Shown here: piece by piece, positions 20,898-30,411 of the stretch
Layout: each line of letters begins with the position of its first letter
Numbering within the stretch: position 1 is the first letter of the stretch
Origin: an uncultured Planctomycetota bacterium
GTDB lineage: Bacteria > Planctomycetota > Planctomycetia > Isosphaerales > Isosphaeraceae
DNA: 64,000 nucleotides
Direction of reading: 5' to 3'
NCBI GenBank assembly: GCA_963845755.1
Contig: CAWJTV010000041.1
Span: forward strand, 1-64,000
Translations under genes and position numbers: made by a program
The notes under the pieces: generated by a model
Told to the model about the DNA's origin: nothing
The model's database searches: none
The model's input: the letters and a program-made list of their open reading frames with translations, nothing else

Positions 20898-21095
20898 CTA
20901 GATGGTGACCTCGATCTCGCGAGCCTCGGCTTCCGAGGCCAGCTCCGCCGCCACCTCAAGGTACTCGCGGATGGAATCGGCGATATTTTCCAGGGCCTCT
21001 GCCTCTGTGGTGCCCTGCGTGCAGCACCCCGGCAGGCCAGGCACGCTGACGCTGTAGCCCTCGTCCGAGCGATAGAGTGCGACCTTGTAGATCAT
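20898..21095 (-). CDS. hicB: HicB antitoxin
   Basis: YSVSVPGLPGCCTQGTTEAEALENIADSIREYL. Confidence 0.92.
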   Translation of the reverse strand: MIYKVALYRSDEGYSVSVPGLPGCCTQGTTEAEALENIADSIREYLEVAAELASEAEAREIEVTI

Positions 21096-21198
21096 GTGGA
21101 CCTCCCGCCATCAATTCTATCGCGGGGTCGCCGGTTGGGATAGTGCGGCGCGGCCCGTGTCCGACCGAGCCGCGCCCGTGCGCGGCCCTGCCTCCACC

Positions 21199-21256
21199 GC
21201 CTAACGACCCAAATCAGCGGCCCGCGTAGCGGGTCCGCTGGATCGCCTCGTTAGGC
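21199..21256 (-). repeat. attC site
   Basis: gcctaac...gttaggc. Confidence 0.92.
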
Positions 21257-21706
21257 GGTCAGCGACACGAAGATTGCATCCGGGAATCGCTTGTGAGGAA
21301 CCGTGCGACTCAGTTCTCCTCGGCTACCGCGGACCCGCATGCTGGCCCCGGCGGGACTTTCCACCCGAATCCACTGGATATCTGTCGCTCCAGTGTCGAG
21401 CACGTGCTCAAACTCTTCTTCCGAGAGCAGGCAAACCGTTGATGTGCCGCACACGAGGCAAACGAAGGTAGCGTGTTGAACCGCGGAATCCCGCCAGATG
21501 GTGAGGTCGTCGAAAGTAAATGTGAACTGCCAAGGTGCTTCATCCTTGGTGGTGTGCTTCATGACGACCCGACGATCGTGGTTAATCTGATAGTGGCCGT
21601 ACCGATGATCTGCCTTGTTGAGCGCCTTGAATGACGGGTGTTCCACAATCTGGGCGAGCGCCGCACCATGGAACAGGTGTTTCTCTTGGATTTTCACGCG
21701 GTACAA
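21251..21706 (-). CDS. Cassette hypothetical protein
   Basis: ORF fills the cassette; GGAGG RBS; stop in R''. Confidence 0.75.
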   Translation of the reverse strand: MYRVKIQEKHLFHGAALAQIVEHPSFKALNKADHRYGHYQINHDRRVVMKHTTKDEAPWQFTFTFDDLTIWRDSAVQHATFVCLVCGTSTVCLLSEEEFEHVLDTGATDIQWIRVESPAGASMRVRGSRGELSRTVPHKRFPDAIFVSLTA

Positions 21707-21715
21707 CCTCCGCCG

Positions 21716-21773
21716 GCCTAACGTGAAGGTTCAGCGGCCCGCGGAGCGGGTCCGCTGCAACCGCCGGTTAGGC
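21716..21773 (-). repeat. attC site
   Basis: gcctaac...gttaggc. Confidence 0.92.
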
Positions 21774-22382
21774 GGACCCGGAGGCCGCTCTACGCATCGA
21801 GTTATCGTGATTGATCCCTCGGAGACAACGTGCCAGCAGCGCTCCGAGAAGGCCCGTCCAGAAGGATATGGTGGAATGGCAAAGTCGTCGATAGCCATCC
21901 GGGCTGATGGCGCGGAGTTGAGTCGCATTGTATCGAGACGTGGTCCCACGATCGTGTGCGACATTGAAACTGACCGTCTCGGCGCCGATATCGCCGAAGG
22001 TCTCGCCTCCCGCGAACCCTCGACCGGGCCCCTCCGTTGTCCAGACCCGCTCTCCGGCATGCGTAGGAGTATACTGCAGTTTCGTATAATGATCATCAAT
22101 AAGTGGCGTTGTCACGAGGTGCGGCATGATGTGCTCGTCACACCATGGGCCGATGCAGAGCACGAGGTAGCCTGCCCCGAAGATTAAATAGCCGGTCCAG
22201 GCCAACTCATTGGGGCTTCGAGTGGAGAGGCGGCCGATCAGGGCAACGCCGTTTGAGGCGATCGCGAGGCTCAGCATCACACGTGACCAGGATTCCGTAT
22301 CGGCGCGCAACGCGGCGAAGGTGATGCCGAGGAACACGACAAACACCATGAGTCCGGCGATCGAAATACGTGGCCTCCTCAT
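21768..22382 (-). CDS. Cassette planctomycete-type membrane protein
   Basis: MRRPRISIAGLMVFVVFLGITFAALR..LAWTGYLIFG; homologous to 4512..5055. Confidence 0.75.
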   Translation of the reverse strand: MRRPRISIAGLMVFVVFLGITFAALRADTESWSRVMLSLAIASNGVALIGRLSTRSPNELAWTGYLIFGAGYLVLCIGPWCDEHIMPHLVTTPLIDDHYTKLQYTPTHAGERVWTTEGPGRGFAGGETFGDIGAETVSFNVAHDRGTTSRYNATQLRAISPDGYRRLCHSTISFWTGLLGALLARCLRGINHDNSMRRAASGSA

Positions 22383-22421
22383 ATGCCGGCCTCGGTCACA
22401 CCTCGTTCGGAATGCAGGCCG

Positions 22422-24834
22422 GTCGGGTAAGGAGGTGAGGTTGCCCTCACCCCCTCCCCTCAGAACCGTACGTGCGCCTTGCGACGCATACGGCTCAAGC
22501 CTTCTCGAACGCCCCTCGCGGGACACAGCCCAGTCCGCCAGCCTTCCTCTTGCCGTGGATCTGCCGATGGCAGTGGGCGTGCAACAACTCCAAGTTGTCG
22601 TACGTCTCACCGCCGCCTCGATTGCGCCAGATCCGATGATGAATGTGCCAGGGTTCGTCTTCGGCCTGAAGAGGCTGCCCGCACATCACACATCGACCCC
22701 CTTGTCCCTTCCAGAGATACTCGATCCGGCCTCGACCTGCCAGGGTGTGCGTCAGCTTCCAGGCCGACCTCTCCTCCAGGTAGAGCTCCCACTCCGGATC
22801 GTAGGGGTTGGCCGCACTCCGGATCTTCCTCCACCGCAGGACCTTGACCCCGGCCGCTTTCATCAGCCGGATCCGTCGCGCCGAGCCCGTGCTGTCACGG
22901 ATTGTGCCCGTGAAGACCCAGTCTCGGTGGCCCTCGCGCTGGAAGTATTTCCTCTTGATCCACTTCCAGTTCTTCTCGGGATGGCGTCGGCGACACCATC
23001 TCATCAGCTTCCGGAAGATCCGATCGTCCACCGCATGGAAGATGCGCTTACTGACCGCATAACGGTGGTACATGGTCCAGCCCTTGATCTGTTGATTCAA
23101 GCGCCGGATTAAGTCGCCCGCCGTCTTGCCGCCCGAGTCGTCGATCGTCGCCTGGATCTTGGCCAGGAACGTCTTGATGCTCCGCTTCGATGGCTTGATC
23201 AAGACCTTGCCATTAGGGAAGCGTCGCACCGCCTGTCCCAGGAAATCGAAGCCGTCCTCAAGATGGGTGATCCTGGTCTTCTCGTGGGAGAGTTCGAGAC
23301 CCCGCTTTCGTAAGAAGTGTTCCACGAGGGGCTGGACTTCACCTCGCAGGAGGACCCTTGATGTGCCGGTAATGATGAAGTCATCCGCATATCGGACCAG
23401 ATGGACCTTGCCTCCCGCACGCCGTCGGCGTGTGTTGCTGAAGCGCCGCTCCAGCAACTCTTGCAACCCATCCAGGGCCCGGTTCGCCAGCGCGGGGGAG
23501 ACGATCCCCCCTTGAGGTGTGCCTTCCGTGGTGGCGAACAGGACGTGCTTCTCCAGGAACCCGGCCTTCAGCCACTTCCGGAGCACCTCCTTGTCCATGG
23601 GGATATGGTCGATCAACCAACGATGGCTGATCCGATCAAAGCAGGCTTTGATATCCCCCTCCAAGATCCAGCTCGGACCGGGCGGACCCCTGAGGATCTT
23701 GTGACACTCATCCAGGGCATCGGCACAGCAGCGTTCCAGTCGAAAGCCGTAGGAATGGCCGTCGGCGAGGGACTCTGCGATGGGATCGAGGCCCAGCAGG
23801 TAGAGGGCCTGCATGGCTCGATCGGCCATGGTAGGAATCCCTAAACCACGTCGCTGGCCGTTGCTCTTGGGAATGTAAACCCTGCGGAGCGGTTGCGGCC
23901 GATAGCCGTGCCGACGCAGGGTGCTGAAGGCCGCCGACTTGACCTCCGGCGTGTTCCAGAGGATTCCGTCCACGCCGGGGGTCCGCGCACCCGAATTACT
24001 GACGACTCGCAAGATGGCCAGAGCCCGGCCACTGTACGAGTGGGTGAGCAGGTAGACCAGGGCTTTGGCTTTGTTCCACCTGCCCTCCCGGACTGCCTTT
24101 ACGATACGCGCCTGGAGCCGACGGACCGTGCGCCAGACTTTCTTCCAGGAAATGGAATTCCAGTCGGGCGCATGGCCGGGGACCGCACCAACAGGCGTTG
24201 CCGCCTGTGCCTTATCTGCTTTGCCCCCTGAGTCAGTTGGCCGAGGTTCTCTCGTAACGGAAGACCCGGGGGAAGTCGGCTCCCTTTCGGGCGGGGTGAT
24301 GTCGCCTGTCGGCTCAACCCCTATCCGACCGGTTAGTGGCCGGCGTTCGCTTCCTCCCTCGTCCTGTACCCGCCGCCCCATGGGCTCCTCTTGCGAGTCG
24401 CCTACCCTCGCGGGGAGGACGACGGGCTTACCACGTTCCGACGATGTGCCAAGGTGGGGAGGGTCGCCGCTCTTCGCCGGTGGTACGGCATCTGCGCCAG
24501 GGGAGTTAGGAGCCCCCGGACCTGACCACGTGCCCTTTTGGCCCAAGCGTGACAGCATCTTCCGCTTGTTCTCAGTAACGACGTTTATCGCGGCTTCACT
24601 TTACGTTGACCCGTCCACCCGATCCTGGTCCCCGACCGCGTTGATGCTGGCAGTCGCGGCGTCGGCTCGCGCTCCGGCCGCCCTCCCGAGGGAGGAGGAT
24701 ACGTTGTGCCGGGGGCTTGGCACCCCTCCGTTGCCGGAGGCGCACTCCCCGGTGGGATACTGCTGGCAGAACAGCAGGTGCTGTCGCCCTCTCCGAGGTC
24801 GCAGCACAGTCACATCGGCGACTTCGTGTCGCAC
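22422..24834 (-). mobile_element. Group II intron (2413 nt, CL1/IIB-like) inserted in an attC core
   Basis: 5' GTGCG; DV GAGCCGTATGCG..CGTACGGTTC; 3' CCCGAC; flanks rejoin as GTTAGG|CGG. Confidence 0.95.
22495..24381 (-). CDS. ltrA: Intron-encoded reverse transcriptase/maturase with HNH endonuclease (start uncertain)
   Basis: WNSISW..VRRLQARIVKA, TPGVDG, GTPQGG, RYADDF, GFDFLG, CVMC..HIHH..NLELLHAHCHRQIH. Confidence 0.93.
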   Translation of the reverse strand: MGRRVQDEGGSERRPLTGRIGVEPTGDITPPEREPTSPGSSVTREPRPTDSGGKADKAQAATPVGAVPGHAPDWNSISWKKVWRTVRRLQARIVKAVREGRWNKAKALVYLLTHSYSGRALAILRVVSNSGARTPGVDGILWNTPEVKSAAFSTLRRHGYRPQPLRRVYIPKSNGQRRGLGIPTMADRAMQALYLLGLDPIAESLADGHSYGFRLERCCADALDECHKILRGPPGPSWILEGDIKACFDRISHRWLIDHIPMDKEVLRKWLKAGFLEKHVLFATTEGTPQGGIVSPALANRALDGLQELLERRFSNTRRRRAGGKVHLVRYADDFIITGTSRVLLRGEVQPLVEHFLRKRGLELSHEKTRITHLEDGFDFLGQAVRRFPNGKVLIKPSKRSIKTFLAKIQATIDDSGGKTAGDLIRRLNQQIKGWTMYHRYAVSKRIFHAVDDRIFRKLMRWCRRRHPEKNWKWIKRKYFQREGHRDWVFTGTIRDSTGSARRIRLMKAAGVKVLRWRKIRSAANPYDPEWELYLEERSAWKLTHTLAGRGRIEYLWKGQGGRCVMCGQPLQAEDEPWHIHHRIWRNRGGGETYDNLELLHAHCHRQIHGKRKAGGLGCVPRGAFEKA

Positions 24835-24891
24835 CCTAACGCTCAAGATCAGCGGTCCGCGCAGCGGGTCCGCTGCATCGCTTTGTTAGAC
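24835..24891 (-). repeat. attC site (R' split by intron)
   Basis: cctaac...gttagac. Confidence 0.9.
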
Positions 24892-24900
24892 AATTGCACC

Positions 24901-25404
24901 CTACTCGAACGCGAACCACATGCTTTGCTCGAACCGTTTGCGAGCCTCGCCAGCCAACTGATCCCGGATCGCCCGCAAGGAGAAGCCGCCCACGAGTTTG
25001 CCGGCTTCGACGTACATCCAGTCCTCGACCTCCGGCCGATCGACCTCCACTCGCTCGCCCGGAGCATGTCCCTTAAGGCCCGCGGCATCCGGTCCCAAGG
25101 CCCCGCGGAAATGGGCGCCGTCGAAGGAGACATCCTCGAGCCAGAGGTAATGCGTCCCCGTACCCTCGCGGACGGGAACCTTGATCGAGAAATCGCCCTG
25201 GCCGGGCCCGGGTGACGACAGCCGTTCGATGAAGCCGTCGAGTGATTCGCGGGCCCGCCGGGCCGCGGCTCTCATCGGCTCGTCGCCGCTCGGGACAGCG
25301 ACCGCCAGTTCACTCCCCTGCGGGTCGCCCGCGGACCGCCGGTGTTGGCCGCACCCGAACACTGCAGAGAGGACCCCAGCCAGGACAGCGATGATCCTAC
25401 GCAC
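24901..25404 (-). CDS. YegJ/DUF2314 family lipoprotein
   Basis: Lipobox-like VFGC; MRAAARRARESL, YLWL, VEDWMY..GKLVGGFS. Confidence 0.8.
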   Translation of the reverse strand: MRRIIAVLAGVLSAVFGCGQHRRSAGDPQGSELAVAVPSGDEPMRAAARRARESLDGFIERLSSPGPGQGDFSIKVPVREGTGTHYLWLEDVSFDGAHFRGALGPDAAGLKGHAPGERVEVDRPEVEDWMYVEAGKLVGGFSLRAIRDQLAGEARKRFEQSMWFAFE

Positions 25405-25422
25405 GAGATCGGTACCCTTTCC

Positions 25423-25468
25423 GTCTAACGCCCAAATTCAGCGGGTCCGCTGCAATGCCTCGTTAGGA
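25423..25468 (-). repeat. attC site with a 12-bp internal deletion
   Basis: gtctaacgcccaaattcagcgggtccgctgc..gttagga lacks the cagcggcccgcg arm. Confidence 0.8.
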
Positions 25469-26193
25469 CGCTTCGGCCTTAAGCTTGGCCAGTATCTTAT
25501 GGCCGATCTTTGAGCAATCATAAAAGGACTCGCCAACCGCATCGAGTTCCCAGCCGAGGCGTAAAGCCGATTCTAACGAAGTCGCGTCGGCTGCACCACG
25601 AACCAGTCTGCCTGATCCTCCATTGACCAGATGAGAACGCCCAGGCGACTCCCGGCGAAACGATACTGGGCCGTGCCAGGCCAACCAGACGTCCTCGGCC
25701 CTTCGTCGAACAAGCCCGCCAAATCCCGTAGAGACTCGGAGCTTATCGGACTATTCTGCGCTTGCACGAGGGCCGGCTGCCTGAGGACGACATGATAGTC
25801 CCATACGCAGGAGTAGACGTAGGTCGAGAAGTGTTGGGCGAACAGTTGCCACGCGGTACCTCCCGAGTCAACATCAACCAACACCGGGGGATCATCCGAG
25901 CCGTCGAAGCGGAGCGCCCAGGTACAGACACCCTGATTCTCCCAACGGATGGGGAGCAATCGCCCGACGGTCGATTCGGCGAAGGTGAAGTCCCGGACTG
26001 GGATTGGCGGGTCCTCGTTGCTGTGCATCGCGAGGATGGACAGGGCACTTTGGTACGAGTACCATTCGCGCACCGCCAGCGGCAAACGCATCCCGAGGCG
26101 TTGTTCGGTACTCTCAACCTCGCCCAACGCCGCCGTCGAGGTTCGTGGTTGGGTGCCAAGGAGTTCAAACGTGGCGCTATGGAACGATCCCAT
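25463..26193 (-). CDS. SMI1/KNR4 family immunity protein (frameshift near the C-terminus)
   Basis: EQRLGMRLPLAVREWY..ENQGVCTWA..DDPPVLV..FSTYV. Confidence 0.8.
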
Positions 26194-26203
26194 TGTCCCC
26201 GCC

Positions 26204-26264
26204 ACCTAACGCCAAAGATCAGCGGCCCGCCGACAGGCGCGTCCGCTGCATCGCCTCGTTAGCC
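26204..26264 (-). repeat. attC site
   Basis: acctaac...gttagcc. Confidence 0.9.
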
Positions 26265-26266
26265 GG

Positions 26267-27002
26267 TCACATGAACTTGCGCCGCTTGAACGCGGCAACA
26301 TCCTTGGCGGTGAGTTCGAACCACTCGCCATTCTTCCGCCGCTCGGCGAATCGTCCGTGCCAATAGTTCTCAATGCCGACCGGATCGTCGGTCTTGATCG
26401 GGTGAACAACCTTGACCTCCTCGGGGAGTTGGATCGCGAGTTCACGCTCGCGCCGGCCCACGGCGTTCGAGCGGCCAACCTTGTAGAAGCGGCCGGACTT
26501 CATCAGGTATACGTATCCGAGCTCCGATTCGGGTTCGACGCCTGCGTCCTCGGTAGCGTCCGGCTCGCACTGGAAGGCTTCACGATAACCGTGTCGCAGA
26601 GGGCCGCCACATCATGCCAGCCACGCGTCAGGGCGAACTCGCGCAGCCGCTCAGCGAGTTTCTGCTTGCCGCCGAAGCGGGAAAACGTGTTGTGCCACGG
26701 GAATCCCGGCTCGGTCCGGGCCTTCAACTTGATCTCATTCGCAACCGGGAAGCGTCCCAGCTCGCGTGCAAATATAGCGAGGCATTCGAGCAAGTCGTCC
26801 TCGCTACGTGGACCCTGAAGGACATTCGGCTGGAATCCGGCCTCTACAAGCGCCGTCGCCCCAGCCAGCCCAGAGCCTGCCCATCCAGTCCGAGGACTTG
26901 ATGCCGGTCTCGGCTTCGAAAGCGCGCGATACCCAGCGGGGACCCGCCGTTTTGCTGTGCGGTCCGCTTTATCTCCGAGAGGATGTGCGCCTTGGTGATC
27001 AC
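26267..27002 (-). pseudogene. GIY-YIG (T5orf172/MUG113-like) nuclease-domain protein, frameshifted
   Basis: N-terminus MITKAHILSEIKRTA; C-terminus YVYLMKSGRFYKVGRS..IENYWHGRF..NGEWFEL. Confidence 0.8.
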
Positions 27003-27016
27003 GTCTCTTCAGATAC

Positions 27017-27074
27017 GGCTAACGCCCAAGATCAGCGGCCCGCGCAGCGGGTCCGCTGCATCGCCTCGTTAGAC
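27017..27074 (-). repeat. attC site
   Basis: ggctaac...gttagac. Confidence 0.92.
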
Positions 27075-27080
27075 GGCAAG

Positions 27081-27522
27081 CTATACCCGCGCGAGTAATT
27101 CACGGTAGCCCTCGAACTCATTCTTCCAGTCCCCGTAAACGGCGACAAGCCCACAGCTCGGACAGCGGCACCCGAGGTAAAGCCATTTCACGTCCTCGCT
27201 GTCGTCATACAACGAGACGCCGACGGTGATCTCGAATTGCTCGCCGCCGCAGGGGCAGGCGCATTCGCCCAAATCGGCCTCCGCGAGAAACTCGGCGCTG
27301 TCGCCGATGGGATGCTCGTTGGAGCAGACCACACAGATGCGGACCGCCGCCCCCTGGTTATCGTCGAGGAGAAGGCGAAACAACTTGCCGCCGCACCGGC
27401 ACACCGCATCGGCGAAGGAGTGGGCGACGTATGCGTTGGCCTTGCTGTACGCGCGTGATCTCCTGACGGATGTCGGGCTGGCTATCACCGTAGCGATACT
27501 TCCCGCGCTTCTCAATTGCCAT
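27081..27522 (-). CDS. Cys-rich Zn-ribbon hypothetical protein (frameshift near the 5' end)
   Basis: MAIEKRGKYRYG.. then CRCGG..CVVC..CACPCG..CRCPSCG..YGDWK. Confidence 0.7.
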
Positions 27523-27537
27523 CGGAGTTACCCTACT

Positions 27538-27596
27538 CGTTAACGGAAAGTTCAGCGGCCCGCCGCAGGCGGGTCCACTGCAACGCGGAGTTAGAC
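27538..27596 (-). repeat. attC site
   Basis: cgttaac...gttagac. Confidence 0.85.
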
Positions 27597-27926
27597 GCGG
27601 CCATGGCCGACCGGCACCTGCCACAGCCCTATCTGATGAGAGTCATCGCGGAATCCACCGACAAACGCCGAGACTTCGCTACCGACAGGGCACCAGTCAC
27701 CCGCACGATATTTCTCGGGCGTCAGGCCCACAATGACGATGATCTCCAGCAGGGCAGGGAAACCGACGCCGAGGTCGACCCACGCCCCGAACGGGGATTT
27801 GACGACGACCGTACCAGTGACGGACTGCCCGTAGGCAAGGCGCTGCTCGAGCGCCTCCCAATCGGCAACCCGCTCGGGCGAGCGGTGGCCTGGAAACAAC
27901 CGGTCAAGATCGTCGCTGACGCTCAT
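27591..27926 (-). CDS. S1-like OB-fold protein
   Basis: GQSVTGTVVVKSPFGAWVDLG..ALLEI..VGSEVSAFV. Confidence 0.75.
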   Translation of the reverse strand: MSVSDDLDRLFPGHRSPERVADWEALEQRLAYGQSVTGTVVVKSPFGAWVDLGVGFPALLEIIVIVGLTPEKYRAGDWCPVGSEVSAFVGGFRDDSHQIGLWQVPVGHGRV

Positions 27927-27936
27927 TGCCCCACCG

Positions 27937-30349
27937 GTCGGGTAAGGAGGTGAGGTTGCCCTCACCCCCTCCCCTCAGAACCGTACGTGCGCCTTGCGAC
28001 GCATACGGCTCAAGCCTTCTCGAACGCCCCTCGCGGGACACAGCCCAGTCCGCCAGCCTTCCTCTTGCCGTGGATCTGCCGATGGCAGTGGGCGTGCAAC
28101 AACTCCAAGTTGTCGTACGTCTCACCGCCGCCTCGATTGCGCCAGATCCGATGATGAATGTGCCAGGGTTCGTCTTCGGCCTGAAGAGGCTGCCCGCACA
28201 TCACACATCGACCCCCTTGTCCCTTCCAGAGATACTCGATCCGGCCTCGACCTGCCAGGGTGTGCGTCAGCTTCCAGGCCGACCTCTCCTCCAGGTAGAG
28301 CTCCCACTCCGGATCGTAGGGGTTGGCCGCACTCCGGATCTTCCTCCACCGCAGGACCTTGACCCCGGCCGCTTTCATCAGCCGGATCCGTCGCGCCGAG
28401 CCCGTGCTGTCACGGATTGTGCCCGTGAAGACCCAGTCTCGGTGGCCCTCGCGCTGGAAGTATTTCCTCTTGATCCACTTCCAGTTCTTCTCGGGATGGC
28501 GTCGGCGACACCATCTCATCAGCTTCCGGAAGATCCGATCGTCCACCGCATGGAAGATGCGCTTACTGACCGCATAACGGTGGTACATGGTCCAGCCCTT
28601 GATCTGTTGATTCAAGCGCCGGATTAAGTCGCCCGCCGTCTTGCCGCCCGAGTCGTCGATCGTCGCCTGGATCTTGGCCAGGAACGTCTTGATGCTCCGC
28701 TTCGATGGCTTGATCAAGACCTTGCCATTAGGGAAGCGTCGCACCGCCTGTCCCAGGAAATCGAAGCCGTCCTCAAGATGGGTGATCCTGGTCTTCTCGT
28801 GGGAGAGTTCGAGACCCCGCTTTCGTAAGAAGTGTTCCACGAGGGGCTGGACTTCACCTCGCAGGAGGACCCTTGATGTGCCGGTAATGATGAAGTCATC
28901 CGCATATCGGACCAGATGGACCTTGCCTCCCGCACGCCGTCGGCGTGTGTTGCTGAAGCGCCGCTCCAGCAACTCTTGCAACCCATCCAGGGCCCGGTTC
29001 GCCAGCGCGGGGGAGACGATCCCCCCTTGAGGTGTGCCTTCCGTGGTGGCGAACAGGACGTGCTTCTCCAGGAACCCGGCCTTCAGCCACTTCCGGAGCA
29101 CCTCCTTGTCCATGGGGATATGGTCGATCAACCAACGATGGCTGATCCGATCAAAGCAGGCTTTGATATCCCCCTCCAAGATCCAGCTCGGACCGGGCGG
29201 ACCCCTGAGGATCTTGTGACACTCATCCAGGGCATCGGCACAGCAGCGTTCCAGTCGAAAGCCGTAGGAATGGCCGTCGGCGAGGGACTCTGCGATGGGA
29301 TCGAGGCCCAGCAGGTAGAGGGCCTGCATGGCTCGATCGGCCATGGTAGGAATCCCTAAACCACGTCGCTGGCCGTTGCTCTTGGGAATGTAAACCCTGC
29401 GGAGCGGTTGCGGCCGATAGCCGTGCCGACGCAGGGTGCTGAAGGCCGCCGACTTGACCTCCGGCGTGTTCCAGAGGATTCCGTCCACGCCGGGGGTCCG
29501 CGCACCCGAATTACTGACGACTCGCAAGATGGCCAGAGCCCGGCCACTGTACGAGTGGGTGAGCAGGTAGACCAGGGCTTTGGCTTTGTTCCACCTGCCC
29601 TCCCGGACTGCCTTTACGATACGCGCCTGGAGCCGACGGACCGTGCGCCAGACTTTCTTCCAGGAAATGGAATTCCAGTCGGGCGCGTGGCCGGGGACCG
29701 CACCAACAGGCGTTGCCGCCTGTGCCTTATCTGCTTTGCCCCCTGAGTCAGTTGGCCGAGGTTCTCTCGTAACGGAAGACCCGGGGGAAGTCGGCTCCCT
29801 TTCGGGCGGGGTGATGTCGCCTGTCGGCTCAACCCCTATCCGACCGGTTAGTGGCCGGCGTTCGCTTCCTCCCTCGTCCTGTACCCGCCGCCCCATGGGC
29901 TCCTCTTGCGAGTCGCCTACCCTCGCGGGGAGGACGACGGGCTTACCACGTTCCGACGATGTGCCAAGGTGGGGAGGGTCGCCGCTCTTCGCCGGTGGTA
30001 CGGCATCTGCGCCAGGGGAGTTAGGAGCCCCCGGACCTGACCACGTGCCCTTTTGGCCCAAGCGTGACAGCATCTTCCGCTTGTTCTCAGTAACGACGTT
30101 TATCGCGGCTTCACTTTACGTTGACCCGTCCACCCGATCCTGGTCCCCGACCGCGTTGATGCTGGCAGTCGCGGCGTCGGCTCGCGCTCCGGCCGCCCTC
30201 CCGAGGGAGGAGGATACGTTGTGCCGGGGGCTTGGCACCCCTCCGTTGCCGGAGGCGCACTCCCCGGTGGGATACTGCTGGCAGAACAGCAGGTGCTGTC
30301 GCCCTCTCCGAGGTCGCAGCACAGTCACATCGGCGACTTCGTGTCGCAC
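27937..30349 (-). mobile_element. Group II intron, second near-identical copy (2413 nt), in an attC core
   Basis: Same termini; flanks rejoin as GTTAGA|CGG; one synonymous difference noticed (CAT/CAC). Confidence 0.95.
28010..29896 (-). CDS. ltrA: Intron-encoded RT/maturase-HNH (copy 2)
   Basis: Protein identical to that of 22495..24381. Confidence 0.93.
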   Translation of the reverse strand: MGRRVQDEGGSERRPLTGRIGVEPTGDITPPEREPTSPGSSVTREPRPTDSGGKADKAQAATPVGAVPGHAPDWNSISWKKVWRTVRRLQARIVKAVREGRWNKAKALVYLLTHSYSGRALAILRVVSNSGARTPGVDGILWNTPEVKSAAFSTLRRHGYRPQPLRRVYIPKSNGQRRGLGIPTMADRAMQALYLLGLDPIAESLADGHSYGFRLERCCADALDECHKILRGPPGPSWILEGDIKACFDRISHRWLIDHIPMDKEVLRKWLKAGFLEKHVLFATTEGTPQGGIVSPALANRALDGLQELLERRFSNTRRRRAGGKVHLVRYADDFIITGTSRVLLRGEVQPLVEHFLRKRGLELSHEKTRITHLEDGFDFLGQAVRRFPNGKVLIKPSKRSIKTFLAKIQATIDDSGGKTAGDLIRRLNQQIKGWTMYHRYAVSKRIFHAVDDRIFRKLMRWCRRRHPEKNWKWIKRKYFQREGHRDWVFTGTIRDSTGSARRIRLMKAAGVKVLRWRKIRSAANPYDPEWELYLEERSAWKLTHTLAGRGRIEYLWKGQGGRCVMCGQPLQAEDEPWHIHHRIWRNRGGGETYDNLELLHAHCHRQIHGKRKAGGLGCVPRGAFEKA

Positions 30350-30408
30350 TCTAACGTCCAAGATCAGCGGCCCGCCGCAGGCGGGTCCGCTGCATCGCCT
30401 CGTTAGAC
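30350..30408 (-). repeat. attC site (R' split by intron)
   Basis: tctaac...gttagac. Confidence 0.9.
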
Positions 30409-30411
30409 GTG

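Noticed and set aside
22495..24381. RT as a retron, DGR or defence RT
   Set aside because: It is embedded in complete group II ribozyme termini with DV/DVI; no TR/VR pair or msr-msd was seen
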